From Candidatus Rokuibacteriota bacterium (lineage in GTDB: Bacteria; Methylomirabilota; Methylomirabilia; Rokubacteriales; CSP1-6), in contig JBIOXS010000156.1 in assembly GCA_044869815.1 (NCBI GenBank), forward strand, positions 3,092 to 67,091: a DNA stretch of 64,000 nucleotides, given 5' to 3'. Positions 48,162 through 55,736 of the stretch are shown here, piece by piece; positions within the stretch are counted from its first letter, which is position 1; every line of letters begins with the position of its first letter. The notes under the pieces were generated by a model. It searched no databases and was not told the DNA's origin. It was given only the letters and a program-made list of their open reading frames with translations. A program made the translations under genes and the position numbers.

Positions 48162-49151
48162 TCAGAAAGCCGGGCCGACGTCGACCGGCTCGACGCGCAC
48201 CAGGTCGGCGGCGGTGACACGCCAGCCGGCCTTCGACGGCGTCCACCGCAGCTGCAGGTAGCCGATCACGCGCGCGCCCTCGAGCCGCACCTTCACGAGC
48301 CGATGGTGACCGATCGCCGCCAGCGCCACCACGCGCGAGGTGGCGACGTGGTCGCCGAGCCGATCGTGCTCGGCGATCACGCCGGCCCGGGCCGACGGCT
48401 CCACGAGCGCGGAGGCGGCCGCGGTGTCGCCCGACTCGAGCGCATGGCGGTAGGCGTCGACGGCCACCGCCAGGTCGTGCTCGAGCACGGCAGGATCGAA
48501 CTCCGGCGGTACCTCCACGAGATCCTGCTTCACGGCGTGAGGCGACTCGGCCAGGACGGCGGCGTCGATGAGCGGCGCCGGGACGTCGCCCGTCACGCCG
48601 CCCGCTTCGGCGAGCAGCGCCAGCAGCCTCCTCTCCCACACCGTCGCGCGCTCCCGCGCCGTATCGTCACGGCTGAGGCGGGCCAGCACGATGGCGCCGG
48701 CGGCGGCGTGGCGGCGCTCCTCCTCCAGGCAGCGCTCGAGAATTCGCCGGGTCGGCGGCTCGTAGACCGGGTTGGCGTTCCCCAGGTGCCGCGCGTAGAC
48801 GGTGACCATATGCGGCTTGAGCACGCGATAGACACCGGCCACGCGCTCGAGCGTCTCGCGCGGTCCCTCGGCGGACTCGAGGAGATCGGCGAACTTGGCC
48901 ATGCGATCGTTGGCGGGCTCGGACTGCTGGGCGGGCGCCCGCAGCTCCGGCAGCCGCTTGCCCCAGAGGTCGGCGTGCTGCGCGCAGTCCCAGACGTGGC
49001 GGCCGAAGAGGAGCTTGGCGGGCAGCTCGGGCGTCAGCGCGATCCAGCCGCCCAGGGCCCGCAGCATGCGCTCCTCGGCGTAACGGTAGTTGCGGATTCG
49101 CCGCGCGGAGTCGTCGACGGAGAAGTGGCCAGCGAGGCGGTCGGAGCTCAA
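48162..49151 (-). CDS. ferritin-like four-helix-bundle protein with extra C-terminal domain, function unknown
   Basis: YAEERM, RHVWDCAQHA, LEEERRH pattern; TTG start overlapping upstream stop. Confidence 0.55.
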   Translation of the reverse strand: MSSDRLAGHFSVDDSARRIRNYRYAEERMLRALGGWIALTPELPAKLLFGRHVWDCAQHADLWGKRLPELRAPAQQSEPANDRMAKFADLLESAEGPRETLERVAGVYRVLKPHMVTVYARHLGNANPVYEPPTRRILERCLEEERRHAAAGAIVLARLSRDDTARERATVWERRLLALLAEAGGVTGDVPAPLIDAAVLAESPHAVKQDLVEVPPEFDPAVLEHDLAVAVDAYRHALESGDTAAASALVEPSARAGVIAEHDRLGDHVATSRVVALAAIGHHRLVKVRLEGARVIGYLQLRWTPSKAGWRVTAADLVRVEPVDVGPAF

Positions 49152-49903
49152 TACACCTGCGAGCGCTGCGTGCTCTTGATCAGCCGCTCGATCTCCTCGT
49201 CGGTGAAGCCGGCCAGCCGCCGCGCCTCCTTGGCGATGGAGATCGGCACGACGTCGTGCTGGCCGTCCTGGCGGGTGCCGCCGAGATTGAACCGCTCGTC
49301 GATCGTCTCCTGGAACTCGATGGCCTTGCGGCGGCGCTCGGGCTCCCCGCGCGTGAGCTCGTTGAGCCAGCGCGACCCCATGCGCACGTGAGTGATTTCG
49401 TCGGCCAGCACGTAGTCCACGGACTGCTCGACGATCGGATCGCCGATCTTCCCCGCGATGTGGATGAGCTGGTTGAAGACGTCGCACGCCAGGCCTTCCA
49501 GGCCGCGGTTGACGCCGGCCACGCGCGCGGCGGCGTCCTCGGCGCACGCGCAGCGCCAGAGAATCGTCGTCTCCGGGAACTCGCCGAGCCGACCGCCGAG
49601 ATGCTCGAGGAGGCCGAGATAGGTCTCCACGTGGCGCGACTCGTCCCACACCTGCCGCGCCATGTCCAGGGTGAACTCCCACGGCGCATCGGGGAAGTCG
49701 CAGACCGTCCGGCCGGCGCCCTCCATCGCCTGGAGCTCGCCGACGAGGATCCCGTGCACGCGCTCACGCATCGACTCGCGGCTCGACAGATCCGGGAATG
49801 GCGGGAGACCCTGGGCGACTTTCAGCTCGGCGACGTCGCGCGCGCGCATGCGGATGAAGCGGTCCTCCCGGGCAAGCTTGTCGTAAGCGATCGGCCGTTC
49901 CAT
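49148..49903 (-). CDS. DUF455-like ferritin/diiron protein
   Basis: HGILVGELQAME, RQVWDESRH, LEGLA.D, LADEITHV (E...DExRH...E...DExxH); GGAAGGAG RBS. Confidence 0.75.
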   Translation of the reverse strand: MERPIAYDKLAREDRFIRMRARDVAELKVAQGLPPFPDLSSRESMRERVHGILVGELQAMEGAGRTVCDFPDAPWEFTLDMARQVWDESRHVETYLGLLEHLGGRLGEFPETTILWRCACAEDAAARVAGVNRGLEGLACDVFNQLIHIAGKIGDPIVEQSVDYVLADEITHVRMGSRWLNELTRGEPERRRKAIEFQETIDERFNLGGTRQDGQHDVVPISIAKEARRLAGFTDEEIERLIKSTQRSQVY

Positions 49904-49940
49904 CGGGATCTCCTTCCGGACTGAACCGCTATTCAGCGCG

Positions 49941-49949
49941 AGTGTAGCA
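49941..49949 (-). promoter_or_regulatory. candidate extended -10 promoter of the ferritin-like operon
   Basis: TG-C-TACACT; CTGAA-N6-TTCAG dyad at 49921-49936 just downstream. Confidence 0.4.
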
Positions 49950-49981
49950 CGCCGACGGAACCACGAACCACCCAGGACAGC

Positions 49982-50003
49982 CCACCCACGGCTCGAGCCG
50001 CAC
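49982..50003. repeat. 22-bp inverted repeat, left copy
   Basis: CCACCCACGGCTCGAGCCGCAC; exact reverse complement at 54176-54197. Confidence 0.85.
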
Positions 50004-50015
50004 ACAGCCCCGTCG

Positions 50016-51203
50016 CTACAGCGGACGGTCGCGGCGCGGACGCGGCCGCACGAGCGCGGCCGGCCGGATCATGCCGGCACCGAAGCGGCCCGTGATCCCG
50101 TCCACCGCGCGCGCCAGCCGCTCTCGTCGCACCGCATCGGGATCGAGGAGGCCGAGCTGACCGGACGCGGGCGGTCCGAGCGTGGAGGCGGAGAGGCCGA
50201 TGAGCCGCACGCGCTGCACGAGTGGCTCGCGCCCGAAGAGAACCATCACGCGGCGGTAGAGATCGAGGCCATCCTGCGTCGGGTCGCCGGTGTGGCTGCG
50301 GGTGAGCGTGCGGAAGTCGGCGAAGCGCAGCTTCAGCGTGACGCGTGAGGCGGCGACGCCGCCCGCGCGAAGCTCACGGGCCACCCGCTCGGCCTGGCCG
50401 CGCAGCGTCGTCTCCAGCCGCGCGCGGTCGTCGGTGTCGCGCTCGAACGTGGTCTCGGCGCCCATCGACTTCGGCGCCGTCCACGGCGTGACCGCGCGCT
50501 CGTCGCGACCGAAAGCCAGCTCGTGGAGGTCCGCGCCGTGGTCGCCGAGCCGGCGGACCAGCGTTGCGCGCGAGAGCCGCTGGAGCTGGCCGATGGTGGC
50601 GATGCCGAGCGCGGCCAGCGATTTTGCCGTCGCCTTGCCCACGCCCCAGAGCCGCTCGATCGGAAGCGGCGCCAGGAACTCCGCCTCGTGGCCGGGCTCG
50701 ACGACGACCATCCCGTCGGGCTTGCGAAGGTCGGAGGCGATCTTCGCGATGAACTTGTTCGAGGCCAGCCCGGCCGACGCCGTGAGCCCCGTCTCCGCGC
50801 GAATCCGGCGCTTGATGCTCCGGACGGCCTCCGACGGCGGTCCGAACAGCGACGCCGTGCCCGTCAGGTCGACGAAGGCCTCGTCGACCGAGACGGGCTC
50901 CACCAGCGGCGAGAAGTCGGCGAGCACCGCCATGATCTCGTCCGAGACGCGCGCGTACTTGGCCATGTCGACCGGAACGAAGACCCCGTGCGGGCACAGG
51001 CGCGCGGCCTTGCCGATCGGCATCGCGGAGCGGACGCCGAAGACGCGCGCCTCGTAGGAGGCGGCCGAGACGACGCCGCGGCCCTTCGGGTCGGCGCCGA
51101 CGATGACGGGCAGGCCGTGGAGCTCGGGCCGGTCGCGCTGCTCGATCGACGCGTAGAAGGCGTCCATGTCGACATGCGCGATCGAGCGTGGCGACGCCGC
51201 CAT
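50016..51203 (-). CDS. dinB: DNA polymerase IV
   Basis: HVDMDAFYASIE, SAASYEAR.FGVRSAMP, SVDEAFVD, KIASD..KPDG, LWGVG. Confidence 0.96.
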   Translation of the reverse strand: MAASPRSIAHVDMDAFYASIEQRDRPELHGLPVIVGADPKGRGVVSAASYEARVFGVRSAMPIGKAARLCPHGVFVPVDMAKYARVSDEIMAVLADFSPLVEPVSVDEAFVDLTGTASLFGPPSEAVRSIKRRIRAETGLTASAGLASNKFIAKIASDLRKPDGMVVVEPGHEAEFLAPLPIERLWGVGKATAKSLAALGIATIGQLQRLSRATLVRRLGDHGADLHELAFGRDERAVTPWTAPKSMGAETTFERDTDDRARLETTLRGQAERVARELRAGGVAASRVTLKLRFADFRTLTRSHTGDPTQDGLDLYRRVMVLFGREPLVQRVRLIGLSASTLGPPASGQLGLLDPDAVRRERLARAVDGITGRFGAGMIRPAALVRPRPRRDRPL

Positions 51204-51204
51204 T

Positions 51205-51765
51205 TCAGGCCCTGGCGAGCCCGACCTCGGGAGCGACACCGGCGAGCGCGTCGACGACGAAGGCGATGTGGGCGTCGAGCTCCACGCCGAGCTCCGCGGC
51301 GCCGCGATAGACGTCGTCGCGATTGACGGTGCGCGCGAACGCCTTGTCCTTCAGCTTCTTGCGAACAGAGGCCGGCTCGAGGCCGGTCACGACTTTCCCC
51401 GGGCGCACCAGCGCGCACGCGTGAACGAAGCCCGTCAGCTCGTCGCACGCGTAGAGCGCCCGGTCGAGCAGACCGACGCGCGGCATGCCCGAGTAATCGG
51501 CATGGGCGAGAATCGCGTAGACGATGTCGGCCGGGAGACCGCGGGCGGTGAGGATCTCGGCGCCCTTCATCGGATGATGGGGCGCGCGCGGATGCATCTC
51601 GTAGTCGAAATCGTGCAGGATGCCGGCGATGCCCCAGCGCTCGGGATCTTCCCCGAAACGCGCGGCATAGGCACGCATGGAGGCTTCGACGGCGCGGGCG
51701 TGCTTCCGGAGGCTGTCGCCCTTGGTGAACTCGGTCAGGATCGACCAGGCGACGTCGCGGTTCAC
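51205..51765 (-). CDS. HD-domain (HDIG) phosphohydrolase
   Basis: LRKH...VE..M, GILHDFDYE, ILAH, LYACDEL.G. Confidence 0.88.
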   Translation of the reverse strand: MNRDVAWSILTEFTKGDSLRKHARAVEASMRAYAARFGEDPERWGIAGILHDFDYEMHPRAPHHPMKGAEILTARGLPADIVYAILAHADYSGMPRVGLLDRALYACDELTGFVHACALVRPGKVVTGLEPASVRKKLKDKAFARTVNRDDVYRGAAELGVELDAHIAFVVDALAGVAPEVGLARA

Positions 51766-51772
51766 GAGTCGC

Positions 51773-51958
51773 TCAGGCGCGTCGGCTCTGCTGGCTCCGC
51801 CACTTGTCGATGGATTTCTTGGAGAACACCCAGCCGCTCTCGAGCTGCAGGCACGGGATCCGCCGCTCGGTGGCGAGGGCGGTCAGCGCGTTCTTGTCGA
51901 TGGCCAGGTACGTCGAAGCCTCGTCGATGCTCAGCGCGTCCTTTGGCGTCGGAGTCAC
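51773..51958 (-). CDS. small MerR-like/excisionase-type HTH (HTH_17) protein
   Basis: [10 protein letters not shown]...LATERRIP...[10 protein letters not shown]; GAGGAG RBS; overlaps cysE stop. Confidence 0.7.
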   Translation of the reverse strand: MTPTPKDALSIDEASTYLAIDKNALTALATERRIPCLQLESGWVFSKKSIDKWRSQQSRRA

Positions 51959-52617
51959 GGGCGCTCCTCCTTGTCGAGCGTTTTGCGCAGCGTCTCAAGC
52001 TCCGCCTCGAGCGTCCGGATCCGGTCGACGAGCTGCTCGAGCGCCTTCGTCACCGGATCGGGAAGATCGGTCTGGTTGAGATCGATGTCCCCGACCCGCT
52101 GACCGTCCTTGTATGTTACTCGCCCCGGCACGCCGACGACAACGGAGTTCGGCGGAACCTCGCGAACGACCACCGAGCCGGCGCCGATCCGGCTGTTGTC
52201 TCCGATGGTGAAGGCGCCGATGACCTTGGCGCCGGCGCCGACCACGACGTTGTTGCCGAGCGTCGGGTGACGCTTCTCGCGCCGCAGGCTGGTGCCGCCC
52301 AGGGTCACGCCCTGCAGCAGCGTGACGTTCTCGCCGATCTCCGTCGTCTCCCCGATGACGACGCCCATCCCGTGATCGATGAAGAGTCCGGGACCCAGCC
52401 GCGCCGCCGGATGGATCTCGATCCCGGTCATGAAGCGGCCGACGTGCGAGACTCCGCGAGCGAGCGTGGTCCAGCCCGCGCGCCAGAGCCGGTGCGCCAC
52501 GCGGTGGAAGGCGAGGGCGTGCACGCCGGGGTAGAAGAGGAGGACTTCGAAGGCCGAACGCGCCGCCGGATCGCGTTCGAGCACGGTGCGGATGTCGCGG
52601 CGGAGCGCGGCGAACAT
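51955..52617 (-). CDS. cysE: serine O-acetyltransferase
   Basis: [38 protein letters not shown]. Confidence 0.95.
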   Translation of the reverse strand: MFAALRRDIRTVLERDPAARSAFEVLLFYPGVHALAFHRVAHRLWRAGWTTLARGVSHVGRFMTGIEIHPAARLGPGLFIDHGMGVVIGETTEIGENVTLLQGVTLGGTSLRREKRHPTLGNNVVVGAGAKVIGAFTIGDNSRIGAGSVVVREVPPNSVVVGVPGRVTYKDGQRVGDIDLNQTDLPDPVTKALEQLVDRIRTLEAELETLRKTLDKEERP

Positions 52618-52991
52618 CACGCGCCTCGCCGGCGGAGAGCGTCGAGAGCGGCTGCACGCACGGCGCCGGCCACCACCTCCGCCGCATGCTTGCGGTCGTC
52701 GGGAAGCCCGTCGAGGGCGTCCTCGATTTCGCGCGCCTTCAAGTTCACGAGATCCTCCACTGCGCGGCCGGCGATCAGCTCGCTCGCCGCGCTGGCGGCC
52801 GCGATCGTCGGGCCGCACCCGTAGCTCTGGAAGCGCACCTCCGTCGCGCGGCCGTCCCGCACGCGGAGGAACATGCGCGCGAGGTCGCCGCAGCCCTCGA
52901 ACTCATCCTCCCCCGCGCCGTCGGGGTTGCGCATCAGCCCGGCGTTGCGCGGGTTGAGGAAGTGCTCGACCAGCGTCGCGCTATATCTCAC
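52617..52991 (-). CDS. IscU/NifU-N-like scaffold homologue lacking the third Cys
   Basis: [31 protein letters not shown] instead of K.HC. Confidence 0.85.
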   Translation of the reverse strand: MRYSATLVEHFLNPRNAGLMRNPDGAGEDEFEGCGDLARMFLRVRDGRATEVRFQSYGCGPTIAAASAASELIAGRAVEDLVNLKAREIEDALDGLPDDRKHAAEVVAGAVRAAALDALRRRGA

Positions 52992-54145
52992 ACCGCCCCG
53001 ACCGGGAGGGCCGTCCGCAGCTTGCGGACGATCGGCTCCACCGATTCGACGACGTAGTCGAGGTCCTCGGCCGTGGTCGACCGGCCGAGCGACGTCCGCA
53101 CCGCACCCATCGCCCACTCGATGGGCACGCCCATGGCGACCAGCACGTACGACGGCTCGACGCTGCCCGAGGTGCAGGCCGAGCCGGCGGAGACGGCGAT
53201 GCCCTTGAGATCCAGACCGAGCACGATCGATTCCGACTCGACGTTCTTGTAGGCGATGTTGGCCGTCCCCGGCACGCGCTCGGTGGGGTGTCCGTTGAGG
53301 CGCACGTCCGGCACGCGGTCCCGGATCCCCTGCCACAACCGGTCGCGCAAGGCGGTGAGGCGCACGGCCTCATCCTTCATCTCGCGCGCGCGGACCTCGA
53401 CGGCCTTGCCGAGACCCACGATCCCCGGCACGTTCTCGGTGCCGGCGCGGCGGCGCCGCTCGTGCTCGCCGCCATGCTGCACGGAGACCAGCTTGGTGCC
53501 CTTGCGGATGTAGAGCCCGGCCACGCCCTTCGGCCCGTAGATCTTGTGACCGGAGAACGACAGCAGATCGATGTTGAACGCGTCCACGTCGATCTCCACC
53601 TTGCCGAACGTCTGTACGGCGTCGACGTGGAACGGGATCCCGCGCTCGCGCGCGATGGCGCCGACGGCGCGCACCGGCTGGATCGTGCCGACCTCGCTGT
53701 TGGCGTGCATGATCGAGATCCCGATGGTGTCGGCACGCAGCGCGCGCCGTACGTCATCGGGATCGATCATCCCCGTCTCGTCGACGGGCAGATAGGTCAC
53801 GGCGAAGCCCTGGGCCTCCAGCGCCTGGCACGTCCGCAGCACGGCGTGGTGCTCGACCCTGGAGGTGATCAGGTGGCCGCGCCCGCGGGCCCAGGCCAGC
53901 CCCTTCACCCCGAAGTTGTCGGACTCCGTACCGCCGGAGGTGAACACGATCTCCTCCGGCCGGGCGTGCAGGAAGGCGGCCACGCGATCGCGAGCGACGT
54001 CCACCGCCTCGCGCGCGGCTCGTCCGAAGCCGTGCACGCTCGACGGATTGCCGAACACTTCGCCGAAGTACGGCACCATCTCGGCGACGACCTCCGGATG
54101 GACGGGCGTCGACGCGTTGTGATCGAGATAGACACGACGGCTCAT
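52988..54145 (-). CDS. cysteine desulfurase (group I, NifS/IscS-like), second copy
   Basis: YLDHNAST, GNPSS.H, SGGTESDN, SGHKIYGPKG, SAGSACTSG. Confidence 0.95.
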   Translation of the reverse strand: MSRRVYLDHNASTPVHPEVVAEMVPYFGEVFGNPSSVHGFGRAAREAVDVARDRVAAFLHARPEEIVFTSGGTESDNFGVKGLAWARGRGHLITSRVEHHAVLRTCQALEAQGFAVTYLPVDETGMIDPDDVRRALRADTIGISIMHANSEVGTIQPVRAVGAIARERGIPFHVDAVQTFGKVEIDVDAFNIDLLSFSGHKIYGPKGVAGLYIRKGTKLVSVQHGGEHERRRRAGTENVPGIVGLGKAVEVRAREMKDEAVRLTALRDRLWQGIRDRVPDVRLNGHPTERVPGTANIAYKNVESESIVLGLDLKGIAVSAGSACTSGSVEPSYVLVAMGVPIEWAMGAVRTSLGRSTTAEDLDYVVESVEPIVRKLRTALPVGAV

Positions 54146-54175
54146 CTGGCCGCTCCTTTGTAGTGAGGGCTGGTC

Positions 54176-54197
54176 GTGCGGCTCGAGCCGTGGGTGG
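54176..54197. repeat. 22-bp inverted repeat, right copy
   Basis: GTGCGGCTCGAGCCGTGGGTGG; adjoins a 12-nt tandem repeat GTGGGTGGCCTG x2 (54190-54213). Confidence 0.85.
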
Positions 54198-54275
54198 CCT
54201 GGTGGGTGGCCTGATCGAGATGGTTGCTGGCCGTCATTTGCTCTCCCGTGACGCCGATGCTACGCTCCGCTGGCG

Positions 54276-54602
54276 ATGGATCTTGCGAAGAAAAAGCTCG
54301 GCCTCTTGCTGTCCACGGGCCCCGAGCGGCCCGAGAATCTCGACACCGCGGTTGGTCTCTCCGAGGCCGCGCTCGCGCGCGGCGCCGGTCTGTACCTCTA
54401 TCTGATCGACGACGGCGTCCGCGCCCTCGACGATCCACGCGTGCGGGCGCTGCCGCCCCGCGGCGCCAAGCTGTTCGTCTGCGCCTACGGCTGCCAGAAG
54501 CGGCGCATTCCGCTCGGCCACGCGGACACCGTGACCTACTGTGGACTGGTGGTGCTCACGGATCTGATCAACGGCACCGATCGCTTCGTCGCGCTGAACT
54601 GA
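54276..54602 (+). CDS. DsrE/TusD-like sulfur relay protein
   Basis: LYLIDDGV, FVCAYGCQKR (Cys at the persulfide position), INGTDRFVAL. Confidence 0.75.
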   Translation: MDLAKKKLGLLLSTGPERPENLDTAVGLSEAALARGAGLYLYLIDDGVRALDDPRVRALPPRGAKLFVCAYGCQKRRIPLGHADTVTYCGLVVLTDLINGTDRFVALN

Positions 54603-54615
54603 GCGCGCGCCTGCC

Positions 54616-54969
54616 GTGAGCGACGAGCCCGTTCTGGTCCTGATCTCCGCCGACCCGCGCCGGTCCGGGCGCGCCTTCGAGGCCATGCGCATCGGCGTCG
54701 GCGTCGTGGCCGGCGAGAACGCGGTGACGTTCGTGCTCACCGGGCCCGGCGCCCATCTGCTCGACGCCGACACCGACGACCTCGTCGACGGCGACGACAT
54801 CGCCAAGTTCCGCGAGAACCTCAAGCGGCTCGGCGTGCCGTTCCACGTCGAGTCGGCATCCGTCCCCGACGATCCCGACTGGAACGCCGACGGCCATCCC
54901 GTCGTCCGGGTGACGCGCGAGGAGATCACCGACCTCGTGCGCGCGGCCCGCCGCTTCCTCGTCTTCTGA
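54616..54969 (+). CDS. DsrF/TusC-like protein
   Basis: DsrE-fold pattern LISADP...EAMRIG.G, VPFHVE, no Cys; middle gene of the triplet. Confidence 0.6.
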   Translation: MSDEPVLVLISADPRRSGRAFEAMRIGVGVVAGENAVTFVLTGPGAHLLDADTDDLVDGDDIAKFRENLKRLGVPFHVESASVPDDPDWNADGHPVVRVTREEITDLVRAARRFLVF

Positions 54970-55193
54970 TGGGCAAGGCGCTGCATCTGATCAAGAGCGA
55001 GGACGGCGGCCTGGCCGCGGCCACCGTCGCGCGGCAGCTGTCCGCCGGCGACACGGTGACCGTGGTCGCCCTGCACGGCGCCGCCGTGCCGGCCCTGCCG
55101 CCGGGCATCGTCGTGCGGCGGGTTCCCGACGAGCTCTCGTGGGAGCAGCTGCTGGAGGCGATGTTCGAGGCGGATCAAGTCATCGCCTGGTGA
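54969..55193 (+). CDS. DsrH/TusB-like protein
   Basis: ALHLIK...GD.V....HGA...SWEQLLEAMFEADQVIAW, 74 aa. Confidence 0.55.
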   Translation: MGKALHLIKSEDGGLAAATVARQLSAGDTVTVVALHGAAVPALPPGIVVRRVPDELSWEQLLEAMFEADQVIAW

Positions 55194-55212
55194 CCGGCCG
55201 ACCGCGGTGGCG

Positions 55213-55416
55213 CTAGCGGTTTCGGTACTCATCGAACCACGCCATCTGGATGGCCTCGAGAATCTTCTCGTTCGACGCTTTCGGATCGTCGACAAAGCCC
55301 GGCAGCTCCGTCACGTAGCGGTGAAGGTCGGTGAAGCGCACCGTCAGCGGATCGACATCCGGAAGCTTCTCGCTGAGCGCGATGCCGATCGCCTCCGAGT
55401 CCCGCCACTGCATCAC
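55213..55416 (-). CDS. iscX: Fe-S assembly protein IscX
   Basis: QWRDSEAI.I.L, VRFTDL, EKILEAIQ.AW. Confidence 0.93.
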   Translation of the reverse strand: MMQWRDSEAIGIALSEKLPDVDPLTVRFTDLHRYVTELPGFVDDPKASNEKILEAIQMAWFDEYRNR

Positions 55417-55736
55417 CGCGGAATCTCCACCACCACGTCACCCCGCACGACCGCCTGGCACCCGAGCCGGGAGTGGATGGTGAGACCCTCCGCCATGTCG
55501 AGCCTATCCTCCTCGTCCTCCGCCATCTCGGACAAGTTCTCGGCGCCCTCGCGCACAATCACATGGCAGGTGGTACAGGCACAGGAGCCACCGCAGTTAT
55601 GTTCGAGTTCAATGCCGTTGGCCAACGCAATATCCAGCAGTGATCCTGGTTTCCCGTGATCGGCCAGCGGATACGTGTCGTCGTCCACTTCGATCGTCTT
55701 GTTCAAGGGCAGAAACGTCACCCGGTGCATCGCCAT
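55413..55736 (-). CDS. fdx: ISC-type [2Fe-2S] ferredoxin
   Basis: HNCGGSCACTTCHV, SRLGCQ. Confidence 0.93.
   Translation of the reverse strand: MAMHRVTFLPLNKTIEVDDDTYPLADHGKPGSLLDIALANGIELEHNCGGSCACTTCHVIVREGAENLSEMAEDEEDRLDMAEGLTIHSRLGCQAVVRGDVVVEIPR

Noticed and set aside
50016-51203. LexA/SOS box for dinB
   Set aside because: dinB starts 1 nt after the HD gene stop, with no room for a promoter and no recognisable box
51773-51958. Prophage or integrative element inferred from the excisionase-like HTH
   Set aside because: No integrase, tRNA target, direct att repeats or phage genes in the window
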